A DNA stretch of 64,000 bases, from assembly GCA_964016885.1 (NCBI GenBank), contig OZ024743.1, positions 240,622,001 to 240,686,000 of the forward strand, given 5' to 3'. The translations under genes and the position numbers were made by a program. The notes beneath the pieces were generated by a model that was not told the origin of the DNA, did not search any database, and saw only the letters and a list, made by a program, of their open reading frames with translations. Source of the stretch: Eledone cirrhosa (Eukaryota). Shown one piece after another: positions 13,575-26,739 of this stretch (within the stretch, counting starts at the first letter, position 1; each line of letters begins with the position of its first letter).

Positions 13575-15065
13575 ACCATTTGTATTTTATGGATGACCAA
13601 AAATTGTACACTTAAAAAGACCAATAGTTTGAACCGTTAACAACTGTGAAGCAATTTAGCAGTAACATAGGCTTGCAATTTGGCCCTGTCAAAGCAACAT
13701 TTAAATGTGGAAAGATAACAAAAGCATCAGCTGTTAAACTCAATCATCATCATCATCATCGTTTAACATCTATCTTCCATGCTAGCATGGGTTAAATACA
13801 ATCATACAGGAGATAGAGCCACATGACACCTATAGATATCTCAGCATAAACAAAGGTGATGGAATAAAACATAATCAAATGAAGGAGAGAATATGGAAAG
13901 AATATTACAGAAGAGTAAGTCTGATCTTGAAAACTGAACTAATCTCTAAAAACTGTTTCCAGGCTATAAACAACTTAGCTGTACCAGTGGAAATGTTACA
14001 GTTATAAAATTATCAATTGGAATTTACCTGATCTTCAAAGAATGTACTCCAAAACTCCTTACAGTCAACAAAATCCAACACTCTAAGACATGTAGATCGC
14101 TTATATTTCCCAAGATAAAAAGGAGGAAGATGGCTAATCTAACTGGAACTGTCATACAAAATAGCTACAATAGTACCTAGAGAACACCAATGATTAAATG
14201 ATGATGTTAGTAAGAGAACATGAAAACTAAAATAAACTACACTCAGTATTCAAATGCAGCAGGAAAGTACAGGAGAGAACTAAAAACTGAAGACATACAC
14301 CTAAATAATGAAGCTGACCTAATTCCAAATAAGGCAGCAAAAATCCACAGAAGCAAGTCAAAGTTAGAAGATCTAAAACATTTAGAGAAAGATGACAACA
14401 AAAATCTCTGCATGGCTAATTCCCACTTCGCACCCCAGATGTTGATGTAGATCAAGTCCAAGCTCATCAGTGGCTATGAAGTTCAGGATTAAAAGCTGAA
14501 ACAGAAGGCTTTATTATTGCTGCCTAGGCTCAGAGCTTCTTTTCAAGGAATTATCAGGCAAATATTCTCAGAAATGAAACAGACTCCAAATGTAGGATGT
14601 GTAACGTACATCTTGAAACAATTGACCATATAATATCAGGATGTCCCACACTAGTACCAACAAAATATAAGATGACATGATAGGATGGAGCAATGTATCC
14701 ATTAGATAATATGCAAAAAATACTGTGTGGAACATACAGAAAACTGATATGAACACAAATCACAACCAGCAACTGAAACTGAAGCAGTAACAATCCTTTG
14801 GGACTTTAACGTCCATACAGATTGCACTATTAAATGCAAACCACCATAATATTATCATTTAAGATTTTAAAAAACAAGACCTACTTACTTATTGATATGA
14901 TATGTGTCAGCAAAAGAGTATGAGAAACTTGCCAAATATAAAGATCTAGAAATTGAGATAAACAGAATGTGGCAGTTAAAACACAAACTATTCCGATAGG
15001 TGTTCAAAAGTTTCTAGAAAACATACCTGGAAAACCTAGCATCTATGATGATAGAAAACATACTT
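13575..15065 (+). mobile_element. Decayed R4/Dong-like LINE
   Basis: SGLKAETEGFIIAA, zinc knuckle KCRMCNVHLETIDHIISGCP, and KEYEKLAKYKDLEIEINRMW. Confidence 0.85.
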
Positions 15066-15066
15066 G

Positions 15067-15600
15067 TTAAATGGGTGATTTGTGCATTGTGCAACCAACT
15101 AGGGCATCCCAAATCTCAGTTGATGTTATTGGCATTTCGCAGCACTCAACATTGGCTAACATGATTTGCAGGAGACTGTCGAGGCTAGAATGGAAGTCTA
15201 CCACCATCTCCGACCCATCACTCTCTCCGAACAGTTGAACAAAATGCTGGTGAAAGACTGCACATCTCTGTCTGGAATCGTTCAGCATACATTCATCTCA
15301 GTCTGCCAAAGACGGATTTGTGGTTTTGTTACCATGCTGCGCCTCTGTCACGCAGCCCATTGAACATCTTTTGTTGCCTCATTTATTAGAGTATGTGACT
15401 TAGCTCTAATACTGCAACCTTTGTGTTTCACATTGAAGAAATGGGTTAATGCCATTCTCACCCCTAGCACATCAGTTGCAATGCCACTTCTAATCACCTC
15501 ATCAAATTTAGCCACCTACTGCAACTCTTTCTATTTTTTTTTCAGCCCATTCTTTACTAAAACCTATTGACATTACTCTAATCTTGTTGACGACTCCCTG
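15067..15600 (-). mobile_element. Tx1/L1-clade LINE ORF2 fragment
   Basis: HFVQLF...CEMPITSTEIWDALVGCTMHKSP resembles the L1/Tx1 pre-RT region (PIT..EI...L...KSPG). Confidence 0.6.
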
Positions 15601-16486
15601 TCAACTTACACTTAATTAAACCCAGTCCCTGTAGACTTTAAGCTTCCAGTAACCAGGTCGACCATGAATATCACAAATGTTTTAACTGAATAGGTGATCC
15701 TTTGGTTATGTGGACAACCTATATTATCCTTATCTGCTGAGCTAATGAAAAACGTGTCTATATATGACCTAGTTGACCCTATCCAGTTGGTTATAATGAT
15801 AATAATATATTATTTGTGTGTGACAAATCAAAGAGATCCCCACAGCCTCTGGATATTTTTTCTTTTAGTGTGTAATAATTTTTGGTATTATTTTTCACAA
15901 AATCTTGTTGCTTTAGAGTTCTCCTTTCTTCTAGGCCACTTTGGTTATTTGTTGCAAGGACATCTCTGCAATATTTATTCTATAACATCTTTTTTAGTTT
16001 CTTTATAGGGGATTTGTTCAGGTTTGAAAAGATTAAGGTTTTCTTGTCATAACTGCCATTGTCATGTGGTTGCCTTTGACACATCTTTAACTTGTCTTTT
16101 CTTCTCTCTTTTCTCTCCTTCCGTTACATCATAAGATGGTGGGGTAATGTTGGTTATTGCAAAAGAAAGCTCTAGACCATCAACCTCAAAGACAAAAGAC
16201 AAGATGAACATTCTAGCTCCTGACACAGTCAGCACTGCTTGTTCTAGCATTTTCTTTTCCAGTTTCTTCTTTCCTGTAATTAATGATTATGAATGGATGC
16301 AAGGTGGGGATGTGAGCCTTTCGAATTTCTTGTTAGATTCTGGGATCAAATTTGCTTGCTTTGTGACTTAATTAGAAACTATTATTACTGTTGTTGCTGT
16401 TACTGATGTTGTTGTTGTTACTGATGTTGTTATTGAGAATCTTTTTGATTTGTCTCACACAAAAAGGACCATGGATCAAGAGTATT

Positions 16487-16670
16487 GGTGGAATGTACAA
16501 TACCATGCTTTGCAGTGTATAGTTACAGTCCTTGCGTTATGAGTTCAAATCTCACCGAGGTTAGCTTTGCCTTTCATCCTTACGGGGTTGAATGATATAA
16601 TGTACCAGTAATACACTGGGGTTGATTTAATCTCCTCAAATTGTTGGCCTTGTGCCTAAATCAGAAACAT
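16487..16670 (+). mobile_element. Nin-domain SINE (family A), degenerate
   Basis: GAGTTCAAATCTCACCGAGGTTAGCTTTGCCTTTCATCCTTACGGGG...GGCCTTGTGCCTAAA. Confidence 0.8.
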
Positions 16671-17074
16671 TATTTACTGAGATTATTCTTGTTATACCTG
16701 ATGTTGTTTTACAGATGCTATTGTTGGTAGTGTTGTGTTCGTATTGATTTTGTTGTTGCTATTGTTTGTAGTAATATTCTTTACTATCTTTTAGTGATTT
16801 GCTATGCTGTTGTTGTTGATGTTATTGTTAGTGTTGTCAATGATGTTGTTGTTGCGGATAGTGTTTCTAACATTATGTTTTGTAACTTTTGTTGTTATTG
16901 CTGTTGTTGCTGATGTTATTAATGTTGTTGTCATTGATGTTAGGTTAACTAACTGAAGTTGTTGCAATATTTTATTTCAACAACAAACACAGACGTAAAA
17001 ATAACAAAAAATACAACATAGTAGTGGTGTAATGCATGTCAGGAAATGGGTGGATACAAAATGAATATAAATAT

Positions 17075-17228
17075 ACTAGGAGTAGGAAGCTGTCATTCCC
17101 TGACGTTATCTCTAGGGATACGGGAATCAGTAGACAGGACCTGGGGGCAGCGATGGGGGACGGAATTCTGGGGCATGAGAGTGAAATCCATCATCTCGAC
17201 AGTAGTCGACGAATGATGATGATGATGA
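17075..17228 (+). mobile_element. Short 3' end of a second RTE-like LINE family
   Basis: RSRKLSFPDVISRDTGISRQDLGAAMGD followed by a (GAT)n tail. Confidence 0.55.
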
Positions 17229-17519
17229 TATATATATATATATATATATATATTTACATTCATATACACATATATATGCATACATATAATGTACAAATAT
17301 ATATGAACATCACATATATATATATATTACATATTAAATCAGTTTTGATGTTTTCCTATATGCAAAAACAATCAAACAAAAGTAAAACAACAAATAAAAG
17401 AAACAAAACTCAAATCGAAAATGAAAGTGAAAGTAGACCACAAAAATGTAAGCCCCACCCAAAATCAAGTCAAAACAGCATAAACAGAAAAACAACAATG
17501 TCAGGTAAATAGGAAGTAA

Positions 17520-17719
17520 GGGATTTATCAATGGCGTTACCATTTCCTTCATTCTCTTCCACTTTGATTGTCTCTTATTATTGATTCTTTTATATTTAAA
17601 TTCTTGGCTCTGATTACTTTTCAAATGTTTTTCTTTTTTCTTTGTTTGTTTGTTTTTTTTGTAATTTTTATCTTGTGTCTTCTTCCAATTCATGCATTCT
17701 TAAACATTGTTGTTACATT

Positions 17720-17772
<53 letters not shown>

Positions 17773-17975
17773 GCTGCTGCTACTGTTGGTGTAGTATGTT
17801 GTTTCTTTTATTACAAATTTTATTTTGGCTAGAATGTGTTTCTAGTAGCATTTGTAGAAGTAGTTGTAGCAGTTGTGATTTATTATTGTTGCTATTGTTA
17901 TTATTATCATTAATATTGATATCAGTATTGTTTTTATTATTATCATAATTATTATTATTATTATTATGACTATTT
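17520..17975. repeat. Low-complexity tract with (TAC)n, (TTG)n and (TTA)n microsatellites
   Basis: Direct reading; pure (TAC)n at ~17721-17771. Confidence 0.85.
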
Positions 17976-18340
17976 TGTTGAAAGATGGGTGAGAGAAGCA
18001 AGTATGGCCCGAATGAATGGGCCTTCTCTGAGTATGTGTCTGTAAATTAAAGGTGGAAAACTGGGAGAGGGCACTTGCCCTGGTGGTCAGGGCCACTGTG
18101 GTCTTTTAATGGGCTTTCTCCACAAATGTCCCTTGGAAGTCTCCCCCCTATTGGGGAATTTTTCTTTGTTATTTTATTTCAACTTCTGTTTTTTTACACG
18201 CAGAAATGCCCATTTGTACCGTCCTGTATTGTCCTGTACTGTCCTTAATGTCTACTTTATGTGAACCCTTGTGGTTAATAAAGAAAACATTATTATTATT
18301 ACTATTACTAATACTACTACTATTATTATTATTATTATTG
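17975..18340 (+). mobile_element. Tx1-like LINE 3' end and UTR (short copy in tandem with the next element)
   Basis: Homologous to 19700-20030. Ends in TAATAAAGAAAAC(ATT)n. Confidence 0.8.
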
Positions 18341-20030
18341 TTGTACGTATTGACTCTTGAGCCATTACTGCACAAACTGGAGACGTTGAGGGGATCCCAC
18401 GTGAACTAGGATGCGGAAGAACAGTGTCAGCTTATGCAGACGACATCACCGTAGTGGAGTCGAACACCAAACACATCGAGGCAATCAGCACCACACTAAG
18501 AGAATACGAGGTAGTGACAGGTGCAATGATCAACCAGGAAAAATCAGTAGGCCTGCAACTCGGCACCCGGAGAGGCAGATCCATGTCACCCAACAGCGTC
18601 GGGCGCTGGACTGACGGACCGGTTAAATTGCTAGGGGTCTGGTTCGGTCCGGACCTCCAGATGAACAAAAACTGGGAGGAGGTCACGAGCAAGGTGTTTT
18701 CTCTCACCCAGAAATAGGCCGAGAGGAAGCTATCTCTGAAAGGTTGAGCGGAGGTGGCGAATGCGTACATCACGTCCATCATCTACTTCCGCCTGACTGT
18801 CATGCCTTGTCCTAAGCCTCGCCTGACTGCACTGGAGCGTTTGCTCTTTCGCTTTTTGTGGAAGGGACGTGCTCCAATGGTCAGGCGGTCCATCTGCTGT
18901 CAACACCCGCTACGCGGAGGGCTGGGCATGCCGTGGCTGATGATGAGCTCAGGCTACATCATCTCCACCTCTTCCTTGACGGTGATCAGGTGTGGTCACC
19001 CTTTGCTAGACACGTGTTTCCCCAGCTTGTCTCCTTGGTGGAGCTGCAGTCCTAGGTCAAGCGAAGACCGAGAGGCAGCGCTTGGAGACTAGAATGTCTT
19101 CAGGTGCTTGCAGCCCTCGACCAATCGGGCAATACAATCGCTGGAAACTCCACCCTGGTGTTCTATAGAGGGTTAGTGGAGGGAAAGCAACGACGTCCTT
19201 GGAGAGACTCTAGGCGTCGACGAAAACCAACTAGCCAATCTCTTCGGGAGAACTTTCGGGCCGGGGCCCATGGACAACTTCCAGAAATCCCTGGCAGTGC
19301 TACGAAGGAGCCTTGCCAGTTCGGGATACAACTCTACAAGCATGGAAGTACCGTCAGCCGAGATGCGCACGGGGCAATGAAACCGTCCTGCATGCACTCA
19401 TCCAGTGTCCGAGCATTGCTGATTTGTGGGTTTATGCTGAACACCTGCTGTCACGTGTAGAACGGATCTGGCTATCAGCGGATTCCATCGTGAAGAGAGC
19501 CCCGCCGTCTTCCTTTAGCCGAGAAGTGCAGGCAGTTTTTATCTGCCGGTGGCCATGGTAAAAGAGATTGTATGGTGGACACGTCTGAAAGGGTTGAGGA
19601 CCGGTACTTTCCTCTTCGGTGCCGCCCTCATTAACTTTTTCAGGTTTCACCTGAAGAGGAAAATCAGGGTGGAGAGGGAAGTGCTGACTTCCAGCCAGTT
19701 TGTTGAAAGGTGGGTGAGAGAGGCAAGAATGGCCCGTGTGAATGGGTCTACCCTGAGCGTGTGCCTGTAGGAGGAAAACTGGAAGAGAGCATTTGCCCTA
19801 GCAGTCAGGGTAACTGTGGCTTTTCTTGTGAGCTTTCTCCACGAGCAACCCCTGGAGGTCTCCCCCCTTTTGGGAATTTTTCATTGTTTCCTTTTGTCAC
19901 ACTCTGTTTTTGTTTTTTTACACGCAGAAATGTCCATTTGTATTGTCCTGAACTGTCCTTAATGTTATACTTTGTTTCAACCTTTGTGGTTAATAAAGAA
20001 AGCATTATTATTATTATTATTATTATTATT
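18341..20030 (+). mobile_element. Tx1/L1-clade LINE, 5'-truncated ORF2 (RT and CCHC knuckle) with 3' UTR
   Basis: LYVLTLEPLL, SAYADDIT, GAMINQEKS, VKLLGVWF, LFRFLWKG...GGLGMP and CARGNETVLHALIQCP, with several stops and frameshifts. Tail AATAAAGAAAGC(ATT)n. Confidence 0.92.
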
Positions 20031-20033
20031 ATA

Positions 20034-20215
20034 GCTGGATTTGCAGTATCGGTAAAGGGTCAGACGCCATGCTTTGACACAAAGAGTTACGGCCCTTTCC
20101 ATTCTGAGTTCAAATCCCGCCGAGGTTAACTTTGCCTTTCATCCTTACAGGGTCGATAAAATAAAGTACCAGTAATGCACTGGGTAATTGCTGGCCTTGT
20201 GCCAAAGTAGAAACA
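20034..20215 (+). mobile_element. Nin-domain SINE (family A)
   Basis: Head, B box and Nin core are all present. Its 3' (ATT)n tract is shared with the convergent LINE. Confidence 0.88.
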
Positions 20216-20228
20216 ATTATTATTATTA

Positions 20229-21867
20229 CAGTTGCATTTATCTTGCTTTATGTTCATACGAGTTATCACCAAGTAACAACCAGTGACCTCAAGAGACAAC
20301 AAGGTCCGCCATGTTCAAGAAAGAACATACATACACACACATACATCTTTAGGTGTTTAGACTTGTGATGTACTTATATTGACAGAATCTTCCTTAGTAT
20401 ATGGGCAGTTCCCATTAGTACTATCTTTTGAATTTCTTCTATATGCGGGTTTCCTGGGATTTGGGATAAGTAATCATTAGACCCCTTAGGTATCATTCCT
20501 AGAGCGCCTACAACCACTGGTATTGTTTTAGTTCTCAATTTCCACATTTTTCCAATTTCTATCTCCAGGTCCTTATACTTGCTCAATTTTTCAAATGTTT
20601 TTATAGATACATTCTTGTCTATTGGAACGGACATATCAATCAGCAGGCATACCCTCTTTTTAAAGTCCTTCAGTATTATATCAGGTCTATTTGCATTTTT
20701 TTCTTTTTCTGTTTGGTTGCTAAAGTTCCACAAGATTGAGATGTGATCTTTTTCAAGTACGGAATGTGGTTGATGCTCCCTCCAATTCTTTTGATGGGGC
20801 AGGTCAAAATGCTTACACATTATCCAATGTATGTATTGTGCAGCTCTGTCATGCCTGTTTAGGTATTCGGTTGGAGCTATAGGACTGCACATTGAAATTA
20901 TATGATCAATGGTCTCTGGTTGTTTTTTACATACACGTCATAATGGGTTACATCCATTTTTTATTATGTTGGCTTGATAATTTCTTGTTGGCAGACACTG
21001 ATCTTGTTCTGATATAATCAGTCTGTCAGTCTCCGATTTCAGTTCAGAGGTTCCAACCACTGATGGGTTAAAGTTTTGTCAACATCAGGATTGTTAGATC
21101 TTTCTGGGTATTTTCCATACAGGCTTTTCTTGCCATTTCTTAGCCAGTTTCTGTAGCCAGTTTCTTTGCAGTTACTTTTACCTGCTTTGCTTTTTCTGTG
21201 TTTTTCATTTCAGCAGTAAATGGAACTTCTGAAATTTGTAGTTCATTACTGTATCTTTGTGCATCTTTTGTAATGGAGTATGATCTTTTGATGCTTTTGT
21301 GTTTCAAAACGAGGTTGATCATCCAATCATGTGATTCCCTTAGATATGTAGATAATCCAATTGTTGCAGTTTTCAATGCAATATCTAACTGGATTAACCC
21401 ACGTCCTCCTTTTTCCCTAGGGAGATATATTTTATCTCTATCTGCCTTAGGGTGATGCATTCTGTGCATGGTTAAGAATTTTCTAATTTTTGGATCGAGC
21501 CTACGGATCTCTGTGCTTGACCAGTTGATGACATTGTAACTGTAGGTTACTACTGGTATGGCAAGTGTGTTTATTAATGTCTGAACTTTTCAGCAGCTTT
21601 CTTCTGGTGAACGTGGCTTTGGCGCATTTATCTAGTCCAAACTCCATTTTAATATCGTCACTGAACTGCTCCACAGTGGATAATAGCCCTTGCAATTGCT
21701 CATCATTTTTTGCAAATAGTTTCAGGTCATCCATGTAGAACAAGTGATTAATGGTTTTGTCATAGACTTTATATCCATGTTTTGTTTCATTGAGCATTTT
21801 ACTTAATGGTATAAGTGTGATGCAGAATAAAAGCGGTGATAAAGAGTCACCCTGAAAAATTCCACAA
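20229..21867 (-). mobile_element. R4/Dong-like LINE, 5'-truncated, best preserved copy (RT, zinc knuckle, RLE)
   Basis: GIFQGDSLSPLLF, INHLFYMDDLKLFAK, HHPKADRDKIYLPREKGGRGL, CRVCKKQPETIDH. Open RLE ORF 20374-20892 with RHD, RPDIILKD, LIDMSVP and KLSKYKDL. Ends in a (TAA)n tail. Confidence 0.93.
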
Positions 21868-21908
21868 TTATTATTATTATTATTATTATTATTAATATCT
21901 TCATTATT

Positions 21909-22089
21909 GGTGGATTGGCAGTATCGGTGGAGGGTCGGACGCCATGCTTTCCAGCATAGTTACGTCCCTTTACGATCTGAGTTCAAATCCCGCCGAGGTT
22001 GATTTTGCCTTTCATCCTTACGGGGTCGATAAAATAAAGTACCAGTAATGCACTGGGTAATTGCTGGCCTTGTGCCTAAAGTAGAAACA
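21909..22089 (+). mobile_element. Nin-domain SINE (family A), young full-length copy
   Basis: A box TGGCAGTATCGG, B box GAGTTCAAATCC and Nin core. Nearly identical to 43233-43410 and 53330-53504. Confidence 0.9.
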
Positions 22090-22477
22090 ATTATTATCTT
22101 TGTTGCTGAGTCTTTCAAGATGTGGTTCACATTGCTCATGTATGTTTGCTGTATTTTCATAGTTATTTGTCCTATTGTATTTGTTACTGTTTTGTAGTTA
22201 AACTAACCAGTATTTTCATGAGCTGGTAAGTTTATATCTACCAGTAGCCCTTGGGAGCTGAACAGGGTTTTGTTTAACAAAAACTGCCTTCAAATTTGGT
22301 ACTATTTCGGTACTCTTTAAAATGAAGGGAAGAGCTGGCCTTCCGCAGTTTTAAACAGCAACAACATTAGCAACAACAATAACACACACATAGAATATAA
22401 AACAATGAAAGGAATTTCCTATTGCTAAAAATGTTAACACCACCATCACCATCACAAGAACAACAAAAGAAAATAAT

Positions 22478-22660
22478 TGTTTCTACTTTAGGCACAAGGC
22501 CAGCAATCACCAGTGAATTACTGGTACTTTATTTTATTGACCCCGTAAGGATGAAAGGCAAAGTTAACCTCGGCGGGATTTGAACTCAGTCCGTAAAGGG
22601 ACGTAACTATGCTGCAAAGCATGTCGTCCGACCCTCTACTGATACTGCCAATCCACCACC
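22478..22660 (-). mobile_element. Nin-domain SINE (family A) with 16-bp TSD
   Basis: Flanked by AACAAAAGAAAATAAT at 22462-22477 and 22665-22680. Confidence 0.9.
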
Positions 22661-23399
22661 TCAAAACAAAAGAAAATAATAACCACAAAAAGCAACAACA
22701 ATACTAGCAAGAACACTGCATCCGCCATCACCAATATCTAACACCACCAGCACCACCTACACTGAGCACAACTGAACAACAAATATAAGCTGAAGCACAC
22801 AACAAATATAAGAGCAACACAGACAACGACGATGACACAAGTGACAACATTAACAGCAATAACAACAACAACATAACACACAGGAATGACTGCTAAAGCC
22901 ACCCAAATGTTCAATTTGGACATTTTGAACAAAGATACCTCTTTGGCACAAGTGTCCGAATTTGTTAAATTTGACAAAACTAGGGCTGACATAGTTCCTC
23001 CACCCTAGGTGTTGGCAGCAACTGCCAAAAAGATTCTTACATATAAATGTATTTCCCTAGACGACTAGAAGTCGTACCTCCTCCTGAGGCTGAAAGAGCA
23101 CTGAAAACCATATTGCTGGACATCCAGAGCCAGGCAGTTTGGTACTATTTCGGTACTTTTCAAGAGTGAAACCCTGGCAGTAAAAACATCTGTGGACTCC
23201 TACTGGACAGACAAAGTCATACTCTATCTGGCATACATGGGAGAAAAGGACTGTAAAAGTCAGAATTGCAGGAAACTCACCATAGCTGGACATTGGTGAA
23301 TAATGGCTTCTGTGGTCCCGAGGTGAAGTGAACTAAAAGAGAAAACATCTCTGGGAGAGTAGGGTTGAGAGATGGTATCAGACTTCAGTTCCTACCTTG

Positions 23400-23780
23400 A
23401 CAGCCTGTAGTGACTCTCAGTGAATGATGTGGAGTACTGCAAAAAGCGGATAACAGCAACTGAGATTCAGGAAGACCTGGTCGGCTGCATGAGGCACAAA
23501 TCACCCGGCTTAGGATGATCTACCCTATGAGTTTTACGGAGATATGTCAGACTTCTTGAAGCCATGTATTGCAACAGGTAGCAGAATAGGAGTATTCCTA
23601 TTTCTGTGAGTCAGGGCGTAGTAACGCTAATGAGGAAATACGAGAACAAGGAGTCTATAACTGCTAAACACAGAGTTTAAGATTTTGGCCAAGGCGCTGG
23701 CAACGAAGTTGGCGCTTGTAAGTGTGAGCCTGGTAGGAGAGGCACAGATGTGTGCAATCTCTACCAGGAGCTGAAAGAAA
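23400..23780 (+). mobile_element. Tx1/L1-like RT N-terminal fragment, decayed
   Basis: ITATEIQEDL...KSPGLG, SVSQGVVTLMRK and ITLLNTEFKILAKALATKL. Confidence 0.75.
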
Positions 23781-24599
23781 AAATTGTGTATGTATGTGGG
23801 TGTGTGTGTGTGTGTGATCATCATCATCTTAACTTTTCATTCTGATAGAGGATGGACGGATTGTTATGTGAGAGACTTGATGGATCAGATGCCATATTGG
23901 GTTTCTATGTTCTATATTTTGATATGCTTTCTATGGTTGAATGTCCTACCTAATACCAACCACTTTGCATAGTCTACTGGGTGTGGTACCAGTACTACTA
24001 CTTTATGTGATGTACAGACCACATTTTATGATGGCATCAACACTAGAGAGATAGTCAAATATTTGCCAGTGCCAAAGGTAGGAAATTGTGTGGAACTGAA
24101 CCTGAAACCACACAGTTGCATACTGAATGCTTTAACCACCCAGCCACATATATGTGAGAGAGGTGGGAGAGTGAAAGCACTGAATAAAAGGGAGGGAGGA
24201 TAAGTAAAGTGATAATGTAATTCGTATAATATTTGTATAACTTGGAACATTCTATATGTTGGTGTTAGCTGGTGTGTACAGAACAGGCACCACCCTCTGC
24301 CTCTTCAAGCATCATGAACATACATCACCCTTCTTCTCCACCACTACTACTGCTGCCATCAGCACCATTATCACTAGCAGTGATGCCACCACCAACATGA
24401 ACACCACTATCAATTTGGTGCATTTTTTTCAAATTTTATGTTCTTTCAATATTGTTTGGTTTTGAGAAACAAGTTGACAGTAATGGTAAAGTTCCAAACT
24501 AAATATCTCATGGTATTTGGTTTGAAATACTCTCATTTCTTTTTAAACATGCTAAAACTTATATTATGTTTATTCATGTAAGCTGTATAATATAAATGG

Positions 24600-25330
24600 C
24601 AATAAGGAAACGGAAAAGAAAAACAAAGTTAAGCAACAAAAGAAAGGGTAGGGGAAGAAAGCAATATATTCTACACCCAGTATAAGTAGTATGTTTCAGC
24701 TGCACCCTGTGGACAAAATGCCAAAGGCATTGCTGTGGAGAGTGGTCAATGAAACTCACTGCAACAGCCAGCCTACTTCATGGGACTCTGATTTTGCAGA
24801 GGAAAACACCAGTTCAGGGCCAAGTAGCACTGTGATCTTGATGGTAACCTGTTCAAAAATAAAGCTGTTGGTGAAGCCCCACTATTTGATTATCTTCCTC
24901 TGTTGTACTTTGTGGGTAGTGGTGCCTGGGGTTTCAGCTGAAGCAACAAGGTTGGAGATGGAGAACGATTTGCAGCAGAGGGCTTCCCAGATTAGAGGTC
25001 TACCTTCTTTGAATTGGAAGAGAGTTATCCCATCTGGGTGCTTACTCTCACCATGGTCAAGGCCAGTTGGCTGTGTCTAGGCTTCTTCTGATTATGTCAT
25101 TCAGAGCAGCATGTCAAGGGAGACAATCTGCACTATGATATTTGGATAGTAGGTGTAAACATCACACAATGGCATTTGTGAGACTCAAACACACAGAAGC
25201 TACTGTGCTTGGACACACTGATGTGAGTGCATCCATCACTTAGATGAGGAGGGTACTGAATTGAGTCATGTGCTACTGTGAGATAGAATGGAGGCAGGCA
25301 AGATAGTGTTGGTACAAGGAAAATTCAATC
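24600..25330 (-). mobile_element. CRE-clade LINE 3' (RLE) fragment
   Basis: QPTGLDHGESKHPDGITLFQFKEGRPLIWEA and GWLLQ*VSLTTLHSNAFGILS match the CRE RLE pattern (EP.GL...GKRPDG...LVWD; QR.S.A.QRGNA). Confidence 0.8.
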
Positions 25331-25439
25331 TGCATGAAGGTTGACTTACACTTGATGTTATTCCAGTTGCATTGGACATCTAATACGTATGTTCTAAGTT
25401 TAAATCCTACCATAATCAACTCTGTTAACCATCTTACAA

Positions 25440-25760
25440 AATTGATAACAATACAAAACTGTTGTTATTGTTGTTATTTAGCCCTTAGATTAATAACAAT
25501 ACATGGATGTTGCTGTTATAGTTTAGCGCTAGGCCTAATCATAGGTTTGATAACAATATATAGCTGTTATTTAGCCCTAGGATTAATAACAACACATTGC
25601 TATTGTTGTTACTGTCTAGCCCTAAGATAGATAACAGTCCATGGCTGTTGTTTTTTTTTGGCCTTATAATTGATAACAGTCCATAACTGCTGCTATTATT
25701 GTTTAGCCCTAACATCGATAACAATACATGGCTCTTGTTGTTATTGTTTAGCCCTAAGCA
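25440..25760. repeat. ~45-bp minisatellite
   Basis: Units of GATAACAATACATGGCTGTTGTTGTTATTTAGCCCTAAG. Confidence 0.8.
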
Positions 25761-26739
25761 GCCCTGATTGAACAAACCCATAATCAAAGCTATTTCCGGT
25801 AAAGTACTAGTAATGTACTGGTGTTGAAGAAATCAACATGTTGTTTCATTTAAGATTGTAAGTTCCATTTAAGATTGTAATATATTAGTGTGGTCTGTCT
25901 TTTCATTTGACTACATCCAAGCTCAGCAAACATATGCCAATTCAAAGCAGATTCTTTAACTAAGAAGTCTAATTTAAAATTAAAAAAATTTGGTTGATTC
26001 CAACTTGAAAAAAAAAGCAAAGGTCAAAGGCTGTAACCTCCTGCAAGTATTTTTCCTCCAATTTAAAACCTAAAATTATTTTGTGAGATCAAATAAAATT
26101 GACCTTTAATTAACAATCTTTAAACCGGATGTTTTCTATAGGTCCAGTTTCACCGACTTCCAGTGTCAAGTATCTAGATCAAAGCCAGTAAGCTCCAGTT
26201 CATATGTGATGTTCTAAAATAAAGCCAGTCACCTCCAGTTCATATGTAATGTTCCATATCAAAGCCACCAAGCTTCTGTTTATGTGATGCTCTTGATGTG
26301 GAATATACTTGATCTTGAGGCTACCAGCTTAAAGGTTCTAAATTCTAATCCAGGTTTTGTGGTTTCTTCATTGTATATTCATGCAATAGAAATCAGATAG
26401 TCTGAATTATTTGTTCAAAATTACTGTTGTCATTTTGTTGTTGCAGTTGTTGTTTTGGCTATTTAGCCTCAATGCAGACCTTTGATCAAAAGTGTTACAT
26501 CCATTAGCATCCTACTTAGTTTATAGGCATAGTGCATCTAAGACTACATTATTCAATTTATCCTCTTCATTGTTTTTCTGAAAATGGTAGGGGTAGAGAT
26601 GTTAGGAGTATGAACTAGTCAGGACATTTGAGAATGTTATCTGCAATAAATGTACATCCTATCCAGAGAATATGTAAACAGCAAGATTTATCCCTAATTT
26701 ATTTAGTCATAAAAACCAAATCAAGTGGAAGTTTGTAAT

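Noticed and set aside
20374-20892. 172-aa nuclease-like ORF as a host or domesticated gene
   Set aside because: It is the RLE domain of a truncated R4/Dong LINE whose upstream RT is frameshifted and deleted.
21909-21995. tRNA gene (A and B boxes present)
   Set aside because: It continues into the Nin core and tail, is multi-copy with TSDs, and has no proper cloverleaf. It is a SINE head.
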